A stretch of 64,000 nucleotides of DNA from Scyliorhinus canicula (Eukaryota), in assembly GCF_902713615.1 (NCBI RefSeq), contig NC_052158.1, positions 38,307,729 through 38,371,728 on the forward strand, given 5' to 3'. A model generated the notes under the pieces. That model worked only from the letters and a program-made list of their open reading frames with translations, searched no databases and had not been told where the DNA came from. Below, piece by piece: positions 1 to 10,562 of this stretch; position 1 is the first letter of the stretch; the number at the start of each line of letters is the position of its first letter. A program made the position numbers and the translations under genes.

Positions 1-129
1 GGAAAGCAGTGAGGATACCGAAATGGGTACTTGGACATGTGTGATAGGGAATGAAACCGTGGTTGAACAAATTGATCTGATGCAGTAAAGTGCAGTGCAA
101 CGTAAACATTGGGACAGGTCTAGCTCAGA

Positions 130-665
130 TTTCATGTAGTTAGCTGAGAACATACGAATGTACAAAAGGATAAATTATGAACATAAGTAGGCCATTTGAC
201 CCCTCGACCCTGTGCAGCCATTCAATAAAATCTTGGTTGATCTGATTGCAACTTCAACCCCACACTCCATTGGCCTTTGCTAACCCTTGACCGTTGTCCA
301 TCAGGATTAATCTACATCCGCCTTAAAATGTTCACTGGCTCTGCCTCCAAGTATCTTTCGGGAATGGGAGTTCCAAGCATTAAAAACCTCGCAAAAGAAG
401 GGTGATCTTACATTCTCCGTCATTAAACCATTGCTTTGAAACTGTACGAGGACCCCCAGAACCCTCTGCAACGGAGCACCCCGAAGTATTTTCCCGTTTA
501 GATAATAAGTTGCCTTCCCATTTTTTTGTCCAAAATATGTGACCTCACACTTATCCACGATTAACTCCATCTGCCACATGTTGGCCCACTCTCCTAACCT
601 ATCTTATCCATTTGGAACGTTCTTTCCTTATTGCAGTTTAGTGTCCCACCTATCTTTGTGTCGTC
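130..665 (-). mobile_element. Degraded CR1 LINE 3' fragment
   Basis: ORF 307-579 has CR1 RT C-terminal residues (WQMELIVDKCEV..FG.KN...YYLNG). A CR1-type 3' tail (aagtaggccatttgacccctcg) is at about 185-210. Confidence 0.75.
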
Positions 666-674
666 TGTAAATAA

Positions 675-975
675 CTATTTTTATTAGTGTCACAAGTTGG
701 CTTACATTAACGGTGCAATGAAGATACTGTGAAAATCCCCTAGTCGCCAGGCTCAGTCACCAGTTTGGTTACACTGAAGGAGAATACAGAACGTCCATTT
801 CACCTCACAGCATGCCTCTCGGGACTTCTGGGAGGAAACTGGAGCACCAGGAGAAACCCACAAAGAGACGGGGAGAATGTGCAGACTCCATACAGGCAGT
901 GACCTGAGACAGTAATCGAAACTGGGACCCTGGCACTGTGAAGCAACAGTGTGAACCACTGTTCTACCATGCCAC
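675..975 (-). mobile_element. HE1-like tRNA-derived V-SINE
   Basis: Reverse complement gives the head ggcatggtagaacagtggttcacactgttgcttcacagtgccagggtcccagtttcgatt (A/B boxes) and the core gtttctcctggtgctccagtttcctccc. Confidence 0.8.
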
Positions 976-3009
976 GACTATTAGCTGCAGAACGTTGGCT
1001 GTAGAAACTTCTATCCCTGCATCCACGTCATGTATATATATTGTAAATAGCTGGGGCCCAAATATCGAACCTATGGCACTCCACTAGTTACATTTTGCCA
1101 TCCAGAAAAAGACCCATTTATCCTGGCTCTCTTTTTTCTGTCCGTCAGCCAATCTTCTATCCAAGCTAATAAATTATCCTAATTCCATATGATCTAACCT
1201 TATGAATTAACCTTCTGTGCGGCAACTTATCAAACGTCTTCTGGAAGTCCAGATATACCCCAGCCAGTCCTGCCAGCAGCAGGACCAGCAGCCCCCAGTC
1301 GTGCTTCTGCATGTCTTACCTCCGCTCTGTCCCTCATGAGCCACGGCGCATGTTTCCCGATTTTTAAAACCACAAGTGAAACTCGGCATCGCTAATTCCA
1401 CCTGACCGATTCACAACATTGCGGAGGCTCCGGAGAATGTCTGGCCAGGCCTGTTAATGATAGACCAAGGGTGTTTATTGTACGTGTTGAGTAGAACACA
1501 TTGACACCACTGTCAAGGCACTAGAGCATGGCATTATGTCGGGCACCTGGCACCTGCCACAATTTTCACCTCAGGCGTGCTTCTCTGCCTCGTCTCCATT
1601 CGTGATTCCAGCATCACTTATCTGAGAATCCCGCCATTAATGTTTCAGAAATTGTCGGTGTTGATACACTGCATGAACACAGATTAGTCATGGAAGTTGT
1701 ATATGTTCAGTGTGGGTTACGGCCACTTGAATGAAACAGCGTCTCGTACCATTCAATGCATGAGAGTTACCTCAGTTGTCCTTCGGCAGAAACGTGGTTA
1801 CTGTGGATAATACTGTTGTCACCTCGCTGTCTGCCTAAAATACTGAAAGATCTAAGAGCGGAATTCGCCCTTTCTGAGACGAAGTGCTGACGCCATCGGA
1901 GACTTTGTGGACTTTTACAACAGAATAATTGGTGCCGCACGTGGACCAATTCCGCTACCATTAAGGGCTAGCACCGGCGCCGCGTTGCACACAGTTGATT
2001 CCGATTAAAAATTTTGCGGGACTGGCTAGATCCGTAATTGACACTCGGGAGGCTGACAAGCTGCAGACACACACTCCCCATACACACACTTATCAAAGCC
2101 CAAAAAGATGGCACTCATTGTGCTTGAGTGCGCCCATTCAGCTGATGCATCACGTGGGGCCAGAGTGCCCCTGGGGGGACACCTATGCGATCCTTGGCAC
2201 TATGTTTAAAGTAGGCTATTAGTGGTGTGCCCTGCTGCAGGACGGCCTTGCCGGCTGTGGCAATGGTGCTCTGTGTCCATTCACCCCGACCCCACAGTCC
2301 ACCTCCTGGCCACCTCCCACAACTCCCTGCTCCCAGCCCTGCCCGAAACCTCCCGACCAGCGGCACAACTGTCAACAAACTATGGTGATGTTCAACACTG
2401 TCTAAAGCACACGTGGACCGTGCTGTCGGGAACTCGGCCCATCGGAGGTGGGGAAACGCGGGTGGGCCCATTAATGATAGCCAAATGGTGTCTCCTGTAC
2501 GTGCAGAGCGAAACGTAAAGATACGGGGCGCGATTCTCCGCCCCCCACGACGGGTCGGAGAATAGCGGGAGTGCCTTCCCGACATTTTTCCCGCCCTCCC
2601 GCTATTCTCCCCCCCCCCCCCGCCCAACTCCCGACACGAATCGCTAACGCCGTTTTTTTACGGCCGGCAGCGATTCACAGCTGATAGATGGGCCGAAGTC
2701 CCAGCCCTTTACGCTGTTTTTACGAACGGCAAACAGACCTGGTCTGGCCGTTCGTAAAAACGGCGGGAACAACTCGCTTTTTATAACCATGGCACCGATT
2801 GGCACGGCAGTACCACGGCCGTGCCAAGGGTGCCATGGGCCCGCGATCGGTGGGCACCGATCGCGGGCAGCGGGCCCGATGCCCGTGCACTATTTCTCCT
2901 TCCGCCGCCCCGCAGTATCCATTCGCGGGGCGGCTGAGGGGCATCCCGGCCCGCGCATGCGCGGGTTTCACGCAAATACGCGATGACGTCATCCGCACAT
3001 GCGCGGGTT

Positions 3010-4572
3010 AGAGATAGATAGAGATAGAGATAGAGAAATACAGCACAGAACAGGCCCTTCGGCCCACAATGTTGCGCCGAACTTTTGTCCTAGGTTAATC
3101 ATAGAATTTTGGACAATTTGTCATGGCCAATCCACCCAACCTGCACATCTTTGGACTGTGGGAGGAAACCGGAGTACCCGGAGGAAACCCACGCAGTCAC
3201 GGGGAGGATGTGCAGACTCCACACAGACAGTGACCCAAGTCGAAATCGAACTTGGGACCCTGGAGCTGTGAAGCAATTGTGCTATCCACAATGCTACCGT
3301 GCTGCCCTTAAGAAGTTAACCTACACTCCCTTATTCTACCCTAATCCAAGTACCTATCCAATAGCCGTTTGAAGGTCCATAAATTTTCCGACTCAACTAC
3401 TACCACAGGCAGTGCATTCCATGCCCCCACTACTCTCTGGGTAAAGAACCTACCTCTGACACCCCCTCTATATCTTCCACCATTTATCTTAAATTGATGT
3501 CCCCTTGTAATGGTGTGTTCCACCCGGGGAAAAAGTCTCTGACTATCTACTCTATCTATTCCCCTGATCATCTTATAAACCTCTATCAAGTCGCCCCTCA
3601 TCCTTCTCCGTTCCAATGAGAAAAGGCCCAGCACCCTCAATCTTTCCTCGTATGACCTACTCTCCATTCCAGGCAACATCCTGGTAAATCTCCTCTGCAC
3701 CTTTTCCAAAGCTTCCACATCCTTCCTAAAATGAGGTGACCAGAACTGCACACAGTACTCCAAATGTGGCCTGACCAAGGTTTTGTACAGCTGCATCATC
3801 ACCTCACGGCTCTTAAATTCAATCCCTCTGCTAATGAACGCTAGCACACCATAGGCCTTCTTCACAGCTCTATCCACTTGAGTGGCAACTTTCAAAGAAC
3901 AATGAACACAGACCCCAAGATCTCTCTGCTCCTCCACATTGCCAAGAACCCTACCATTAACCCTGTATTCCGCATTCAGATTTGTCCTTCCAAAATGGAC
4001 AACCTCACACTTGTCAGGGTTAAACTCCATCTGCCACTTCTCAGCCCAGCTCTGCATTCTATCTATGTCTCTTTGAAGCCGACAACAGCCCTCCTCACTA
4101 TCCACAACTCCACCAATCTTCGTATCATCTGCAAATTTACTGACCCACCCTTCAACTCCCTCATCCAAGTCGTTAATGAAAATCACAAACAGCAGAGGAC
4201 CCAGAACTGATCCCTGCGGTACGCCACTGATAACTGGGCTCCAGGCTGAATATTTGCCATCCACCACAACTCTCTGTCTTCTATCGGTTAGCCAGTTTGT
4301 TATCCAACTGGCCAAATTTCCCACTATCCCATGCCTCCTTACTTTCTGCATAAGCCTACCATGGGGAACCTTATCAAATGCCTTACTAAAATCCATGTAC
4401 ACTACATCCACTGCTTTACCTTCATCCACATGCTTGGTCACCTCCTCAAAGAATTCAATAAGACTTGTAAGGCAAGACCTACCCCTCACAAATCCGTGCT
4501 GACTATCCCTAATCAAGCAATGCCTTTCCAGATGCTCAGAAATCCTATCCCTCAGTACCCTTTCCATTACTT
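3010..4572 (-). mobile_element. 5'-truncated CR1 LINE with an uninterrupted RT C-terminal ORF
   Basis: ORF 3341-4615 has QHGF..GRSCLT, DFSKAFDKVPH, GVPQGSVLGPLLF and FADDTK. The 3' microsatellite tail (tctatctc)n is at 3010-3036. Confidence 0.95.
3098..3307 (-). mobile_element. HE1-like V-SINE inserted in the CR1 3' UTR
   Basis: Reverse complement starts gggcagcacggtagcattgtggatagcac. TTAA flanks both sides. The uninterrupted 3' UTR is visible in the related CR1 at about 47560. Confidence 0.9.
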
Positions 4573-5149
4573 CCATTACGTCATATGACGCGTCAGCCGG
4601 CGCTAACTCCGGCAAGCGGGCTTAACGAAATTCGTTAAGCCCGTGATGCCGGAGCTTACGGCGTCGGGCTGCTAGCCCCGACCGGGGACCAGAATCGGTT
4701 CCCGGTCAGGAAGGGGCGCGCTGGCGTCAAACCCGCCCGGGTTTGACGCCAGCCTTACGATTTCTCCCGTTTTGGGAGAATCGCGCCCACGGTTTTCAAG
4801 GTGACAGAGAATCGTGCTTTGATGTCAAATTGGCACCTGCCACGATTCTGGCAATGGAAGCTATTCTCCGCCTGATCACACTCCCCGATTTATGCGTCGG
4901 CTAACCAAAAACCCGCCCGTAATTATTTATGACCAGTGCTAATTAACTGTTGAAATTACTTCACGTGGGCTAATGGGACACAGGCGATGTGTAAACAGTG
5001 CAATAAGCATTCACCATTCACAAATCCAGAACCAAACTCTACTCCAACATTGCACAGGACCGGTCCGGATGTCTGACTTCTAACTTTTGAATGATGGGAG
5101 TCTGGCCCATAACGAGACTGAAAACGGCATTACTCTCATTCATGATGTG

Positions 5150-5265
5150 GAGATGCTGGCGTTGGACTGGGGTGAGTACAGTAAGAAGTCTTACAACACC
5201 AGGTTAAAGTCCAACAGGTTTGTTTCAAACACGAGCTTTCAGAGCACTGCTCCTTCCTCAGGCGA
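5150..5265 (-). mobile_element. Penelope-like element terminal fragment carrying a minimal hammerhead ribozyme motif
   Basis: Matches the 3' end of the Penelope at 15800-15891. The reverse complement of 5230-5264 reads CGC-CTGAGGA-A-GGAGC-AGT-GCTCT-GAA-AGCT-C-GTG. Confidence 0.75.
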
Positions 5266-5289
5266 ATGGAGGTGACTGGACTGCGAATT

Positions 5290-5620
5290 CAGAGCGTGTG
5301 GCTGGGTCACGGGTTAAAATTGCAGCAATTCAGCTGGTGGAAATTGCATTCAATCCCGAAAATGGGAATTTCAAGAGAGTTACAGAAATAGTGACCATGA
5401 CAGCTATCGTCGATTGGCGCAAATACTCATCCAGTCCACTAATTTTCTTTCAGGATCGAATTCCATTATCCTTGCCGGGCCTGGTGTACATGTGACTCCA
5501 GGTCCACTGCAGTGTGGTTGACTCACTATTAGTTCATTACTTCAAAGGCAATTAGCGATGGACAACGTATGCGGATGTTACCAATGATGCTGACATTCCA
5601 TGATAGAAAAATAATAAAAG
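5290..5620 (+). mobile_element. Deu-domain SINE (SacSINE1-like), old copy
   Basis: Deu-like core ccagtccactaattttctttcaggatcgaattccattatccttgccgggcctggtgtacatgtgactccagg, followed by the tail gcaattagcgatggacaac. Confidence 0.6.
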
Positions 5621-6394
5621 AAATTCTCAGGAATCATTAACCATTGCTGATGCAACTAACCCTGAGATCCAGAAATTGAGGATTACATGCATAGATATCG
5701 ACGCCAAAATCTGTCTGAAGTATTTGCGGCAGATTTGTGGACACTGACAGTTGAAAAGCACCATAGAAGGATTATGGTGCAGAAACAGACCATTCAGCTC
5801 ATTCAGCTCATCGTGTCTAAGCCTCCCAAATAAAAGGGAAAAAACAGGCCGTTCATTTTAATCAAATTTTGCAGCACGTTGCCTGGGGATTTGCATGTTT
5901 CAGCACTTGAGATACAGACCCAGGAACTTTCTAAATGAGTGAAGCGTTTGAGCCCCAACCACCAACGTAGTGGGCGAATTCCAGACGTCCACCTCCCTCT
6001 GGGTCAATAGGATTTTCCTCATATCCCATCTAATCCTTCTACCAATCACCTTAAATCTATGCTCGCTGGTAATTGACCCCTCAGCTGGGGAGAAACAAAC
6101 CTCTCCTGCCTACCCTATCTAATAATTTTGTACACTTTTGTACAATAAAGGAAAGGTTGAATTTAACCTATTTTTGAAAAGGTTAAAGTAAACCATTGTG
6201 TAGCGACACATCGCTACGAAAACCACAGGAACGAATAAGGTAAGGTTTTCTGAAATTAGTCCTCATCAAAAATTCTCAATTTAGGTCGAGAGCCCATGCA
6301 GTCTGCAGGCAACGGAATTTCCTGAGGCTGCAATGCATTCCAGATCCATAAAACTCCTGTGGATCTGATTAGAAGATAGGAGCACGAGGAGGCG

Positions 6395-6562
6395 TTTTGG
6401 CCCTTCGAGCAGCGATTCTCCCCTGGCCGATGGGCCGAGTTCCCAGGCCTTTACGGCCGTTTTCACGAACACCAACACACCTGCTCTCACCGTTCGTGAA
6501 AACGGCCACAAAGTTCCGTTCTGGGGAACCTTGGCACCAATTGGGACGGCCGCACCACGGCT
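6395..6562. mobile_element. Internal fragment of the GC-rich TIR element family
   Basis: Near-identical inverted match to 7755-7840. No TIRs. Confidence 0.7.
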
Positions 6563-6589
6563 GGTATTTTAGATCATTTAACTTTCATG

Positions 6590-6920
6590 TCCCAAATTCA
6601 TGAATTAGAATTTCTTTTATGCATGGCATGTGGGCGTCACTTGCTGGGCCAGCATATTTTGTCCAACCTTGAGGGATTTGTGGATCAATTACATTGCTGT
6701 GTGTCAGGAGACACCTGTAGGCCAGACGAGGCAGATTTCCTTCCCTTAAATGACATTAGCGAACCAAAAGGGCTTATAACGACAATCGACAATGGTTTCA
6801 TGGTCATCAATAGAATTCTTAATTCTTCTTCAATTCAAATTTCATCATCTGCCATAGGATTCGAATCCGAGTCCCTTCAGCAAAACCCTGGTTCTCTCGA
6901 TTACTAATCCAGTGACAATA
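6590..6920 (-). mobile_element. Deu-domain SINE (SacSINE1-like)
   Basis: Contains gatttccttcccttaaatgacattagcgaaccaaaagggcttataacgacaatcgacaatggtttcatggtcatc and a tRNA-like head on the reverse strand. Confidence 0.65.
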
Positions 6921-7112
6921 TTAATGGGCTGCATTCTCCGGTCTCCTAGCTGCGTGTTTCTCGATGGTGCACCGTTCCCTGGTGTGTGATTGTCTTTTCG
7001 TGCCCCTTGGCGGATTTCCCATTGAATCCACCTCACGCCGACAGGAAACCTGCGGGCGGGGCTGCGCTGCCAGCGGGAAAAGAGAACCCAAATGTGAGTC
7101 CCAAAAAATGTG

Positions 7113-8005
7113 GGGCGCGATTCTCCGCAAATGCGGAGAGTCGTGAAGGCTGCCGTGAAACCAGCCGTGTTTTTTATAGAACAGTACAGCACAGAACAGG
7201 CCCTTCGGCCCTCGATGTTGTGCCGAGCAATGATCACCCTATTTAAACCCACGTAACCCGTATACCCGTAACCCAACAATTAACCTTACACTACGGGCAA
7301 TTTAGCATGGCCAATCCACCTAACCCGCACATCTTTGGACTGTGGGAGGAAACCGGAGCACCCGGAGGAAACCCACGCACACACAGGGAGGACATGCAGA
7401 CTCCACACAGACAGTGACCCAGCCGGGAATCGAACCTGGGACCCTGGAGCTGTGAAGCATTGATGCTAACCACCATGCTACCGTGAGGCCCTCCGCGCCC
7501 CCTCCCAGGACCCGATTCTGCTCCCCGGTCGGGGCTAGCAGCGGGGCCCCGTTAACCTCGACATCGCAGGCTTAGCGAACTTCACTAAACCCGTGCGCCA
7601 AAGTTAACGGCGGCTGATGCGCACGATGATGTCAGCCACGCATGCGCAGATTGGACGGCTCCAACCCGCGCATGCGCGGGCCATTATGTCCCTCAGCCGC
7701 CCCGTGGACTGATCCAGCGGGGCGACGGAGGAACAAAGAGTGCGTGGGGTTCGGACCGTCCCAATTGGTGCCAAGGTTCCCCAGAACGGAACTTTGTGGC
7801 CGTTTTCACGAACTGTGAGAGCAGGTGTGTTGATGTTCGCTGCTCGCAGTAAAAAAACGGCGAGCAGCGATTCGTGTCGGGGGCGGCCGTGGGGGGGGGG
7901 GGGGGGGGGGGAGAATAGCGGGAGGTCGGGAAAAATGTCGGGAAGGCCCTCCCGCTATTCTTCGACCCCTCGTGGGGGGGGGGGGGGGGGCGGAGAATCG
8001 CGCCC
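7113..8005. mobile_element. GC-rich TIR element (Harbinger-like MITE) with an internal SINE
   Basis: TIRs gggcgcgattctcc (7113) and ggagaatcgcgccc (ends 8005). Same family as 2526-4788. The flanking trinucleotides (gtg/taa) do not match. Confidence 0.7.
7183..7495 (-). mobile_element. HE1-like V-SINE with a CR1-derived 3' tail
   Basis: SINE body at 7290-7490. The tail acagcacagaacaggcccttcggcc is shared with the CR1 3' ends at about 3035 and 47510. Confidence 0.9.
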
Positions 8006-8289
8006 TAAATCCTAAATAGAGTTAATCATGTGAATACATATGGAGAAAAATCTGCGTTTGGATTGAAATGACCTGTGTCACAGCAACTGCAATTTTCAAA
8101 ACAACTATCAATTTCAATATCATTAAAATAATATTCTGCTGTTCAGTTTTCCATTCGCAGTGGTATGCCTGAGTAAAGATCTGCTATTCCCAATGGGCAT
8201 CCGGGTCAAAACTGATAATTAAATAATTTCCTCAAGTGGCTGCGATGTCAATTATTGGCTGATCCAAAACGCTCGGGGGTTTTGGAAAG

Positions 8290-8296
8290 CATAAAA
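8290..8296 (+). promoter_or_regulatory. TATA-like box (CATAAAA) of GPCR gene 1
   Basis: Lies 74 nt upstream of the family-homologous ATG at 8364. The paralog has TATATAA 70 nt upstream of its ATG. Confidence 0.3.
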
Positions 8297-8343
8297 TGTT
8301 CTCATCTCAATGCGACACATGATCGTCCGAAGCAAAGCAAGAG

Positions 8344-8431
8344 ATGTCCTTTACCTCCAGAAAATGGGACTGCATTCTTGCGCAGATAGAAGCAATTTAC
8401 TATCCTATCCTCGCGTTGGTCGGGGTTCCTG
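8344..8431 (+). CDS. GPR139/GPR142-like GPCR gene 1, exon 1 (MSFTSRKWDCILAQIEAIYYPILALVGVP-G)
   Basis: Encodes the IYYP..A..GVP start of TM1, as in paralog exon 37940-38009. The donor G|gtaagt at 8432 is phase 1. The frame is open only from ATG 8344. Confidence 0.75.
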
Positions 8432-9666
8432 GTAAGTTATCGCGCGGCATGGTGGCACAATGTTTAGTATAGCTGCCTCAGCGCAAGAAACTCGGATTCA
8501 AACTACCAACACCAGTTCGCGGTTTTTAAAGGACTCTCTCACTGCGATGTTTGGGCAGGATTCTAACGGACATTCAGTCCTGTGCTTCACGCGAGGTGGA
8601 GAATGCCCTTTTTTCGAATTGCACAGCCCAAGCGAAGATTCGCTTCCCTTTCTGTTAATACGTAGCACAGTCATGAATAGAATGCAACCATTTTGCAAAT
8701 TGTTAACTTGCAGTTCTCGTCAAAATACGTAAAATAACAAATAATTGTGCTATTCCTGACTTTTTTGATTAAAGTATACGAGGAGTGCAAATGGAGCGTG
8801 TCTTTACTAAACGAATCTGAAGGTATTCCCCTGATTTGTTGAGATTATTGCGTGAGCATTTCTGAATCACTGGCTGTGGAAGAGCGGGGGTTTTGCAAGG
8901 AGTGTAATTTGAGCGACGACTCTCCTACCACGATTTGCATGAAGCAAAGATTTCCGTCATCTTTCGCAAATGCTGGAAACCCATTAAAATGTGTAATTAC
9001 ACTGAAAGCTAGTGGGCCGAGGTGTTCTTTCGGAGGGCCAGTGCAGACTTGATGGGCCGAATGTCCTCCCTTTGCTTACTAGCATTTTTATGAATGTTCC
9101 TATCAATTACATTCGCTGTTGATTTCCATCCAATTGAATTTAAAGGATAATCCGGGGAGCAGGATTATGCTGATCCTGTAGCGCCACATCTCCCCTTATT
9201 ATATTTCCATTGGAGTCACTGGAAATATAAATGGGAGAGGTTTAAAATCGGCTGTCTGCTCAATATTATCCGGTCCGATTATCACAAGAGCTCACATTCT
9301 CCCCGCTGATGATCTCAGTTTACTTCATGGGTGCGCCGTTAATTGTAAGAAAAGTGAGAAAAGCATGTCCGGCCCGGTTTACCGGGAAACAGTCACTCCA
9401 GTCAACATCAAATATTTGATTTTGACTTAACATATTTTTGTTATAAAATAAAGTAGACGCGCTATGAAAGCGATTGCTCAATCACAATGGACCGGTTTCG
9501 TGCCAAAACCGGAACTCAAATTCGTCCCATTGCAAGAACTAAACGGAAAATGAGCTGACCGACTGCCCAGATGATGTGGAGTGAATGTGCACATAACAGA
9601 CTCTCAGTTGGAGCATTCCACTGATGAGTGTCAGATACGTTTCTCAATTTGTTTTCACCCTCATAG

Positions 9667-10562
9667 GTAATTTATTGGCGATCGTGATTCTCTCTCGTGG
9701 AAAATGCGGACTTTCTCAATGTATAACTCGTTACATGGTGGCCATGGCAACGGCAGATCTACTGGTGATTTTAACCGACGTAATATTGTATGAGATTAAT
9801 AACATTTATTTTTCATATACATTCTTGGACTACACACTTGTTTGTAGTCTCAATATAGCCCTTACCTTTGCTGCCATTGATAGTTCTGTCTGGTTAACTG
9901 TCGCTTTCACCTTTGATCGATTCATCGCCATTTGTTGCCAGAAATTGAGAATTAAGTTTTGCAGTGCGAGAACGGCGGCCATCGTTATAGCTACGATATT
10001 TGGAGTGTGTTTTGTAGAAAACATTCCAATCTACTTTGGAAGTGAACCCCTGGAAATTATTAACAATACAGCCTGGTTCTGCCATGTCACATCAGGCTCG
10101 GCGAATTTACCTGTATGGGTAACATATTTCTTCTTTGACATCACCTTGACTCCATTTGCACCATTTTTTATCATTGCCCTGCTCAATGCAATGACCATCA
10201 TTCACACTGTGCGGGCCAATAAACTGAGGAGGAAACTGCATGGAATCAACAATCGTGGCAAACACAATGATGCAGAGATGGAGAACCGAAGGAAATCGAT
10301 TATCTTGCTGCTGGCCATTTCTGGCTGTTTTATACTATTGTGGATGGTAACATTTGCACATTACATATGCACATACTTTGCCGACATTCCCTTCTGGCTC
10401 ACAGATTGTAATGACCCTTTCGCCAAAATAGAGCACACTGGATATATGCTTCAGCGTCTGAGTTCATGTACAAACACATTTATCTATGCTGTGGCTCAGG
10501 CTAAATTCAGAGGAGAATTGAAGAATATGTTTAAATATCACTCCTCTCTAATTGTTAAGTGA
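9667..10562 (+). CDS. GPR139/GPR142-like GPCR gene 1, exon 2 (rest of the 7TM; spliced product 327 aa)
   Basis: Acceptor ttcaccctcatag| at 9666, phase-compatible with exon 1. Motifs: GNLLAIVIL, MATADLLV, AFTFDRFIAIC, WFC, TPFAP...LN, RRKSIILL, SSCTNTFIY. No internal stops. Confidence 0.9.

Larger units (their letters stand above)
2526..4788. mobile_element. Non-autonomous GC-rich TIR element (PIF/Harbinger-like MITE), interrupted by a CR1
   Basis: TIRs gggcgcgattctcc (2526) and ggagaatcgcgccc (ends 4788). ACG flanks both ends (3-bp TSD). The interior is CpG-rich and palindromic. Confidence 0.7.

Noticed and set aside
1360-2230. CpG-containing region with short ORFs
   Set aside because: Could not be assigned to a gene or TE family by eye.
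3098-3307. tRNA-like A/B boxes here and in about 15 other places
   Set aside because: SINE heads without a complete cloverleaf, not tRNA genes. Sharing of 3' tails between these SINEs and CR1 is visible but is already known for elasmobranch HE1/HER1.
3878-4588. Plus-strand ORFs repeated at 28560-28905 and 48131-48942
   Set aside because: Antisense shadow frames of CR1 RT; they recur only because the LINE recurs.
9624-9666. N-terminal extensions MSVRYVSQFVFTLIG and MIYFTTFAFSA (44278-44308) in the ORF track
   Set aside because: Intronic polypyrimidine tract upstream of AG acceptors. The real N-termini come from exon 1.
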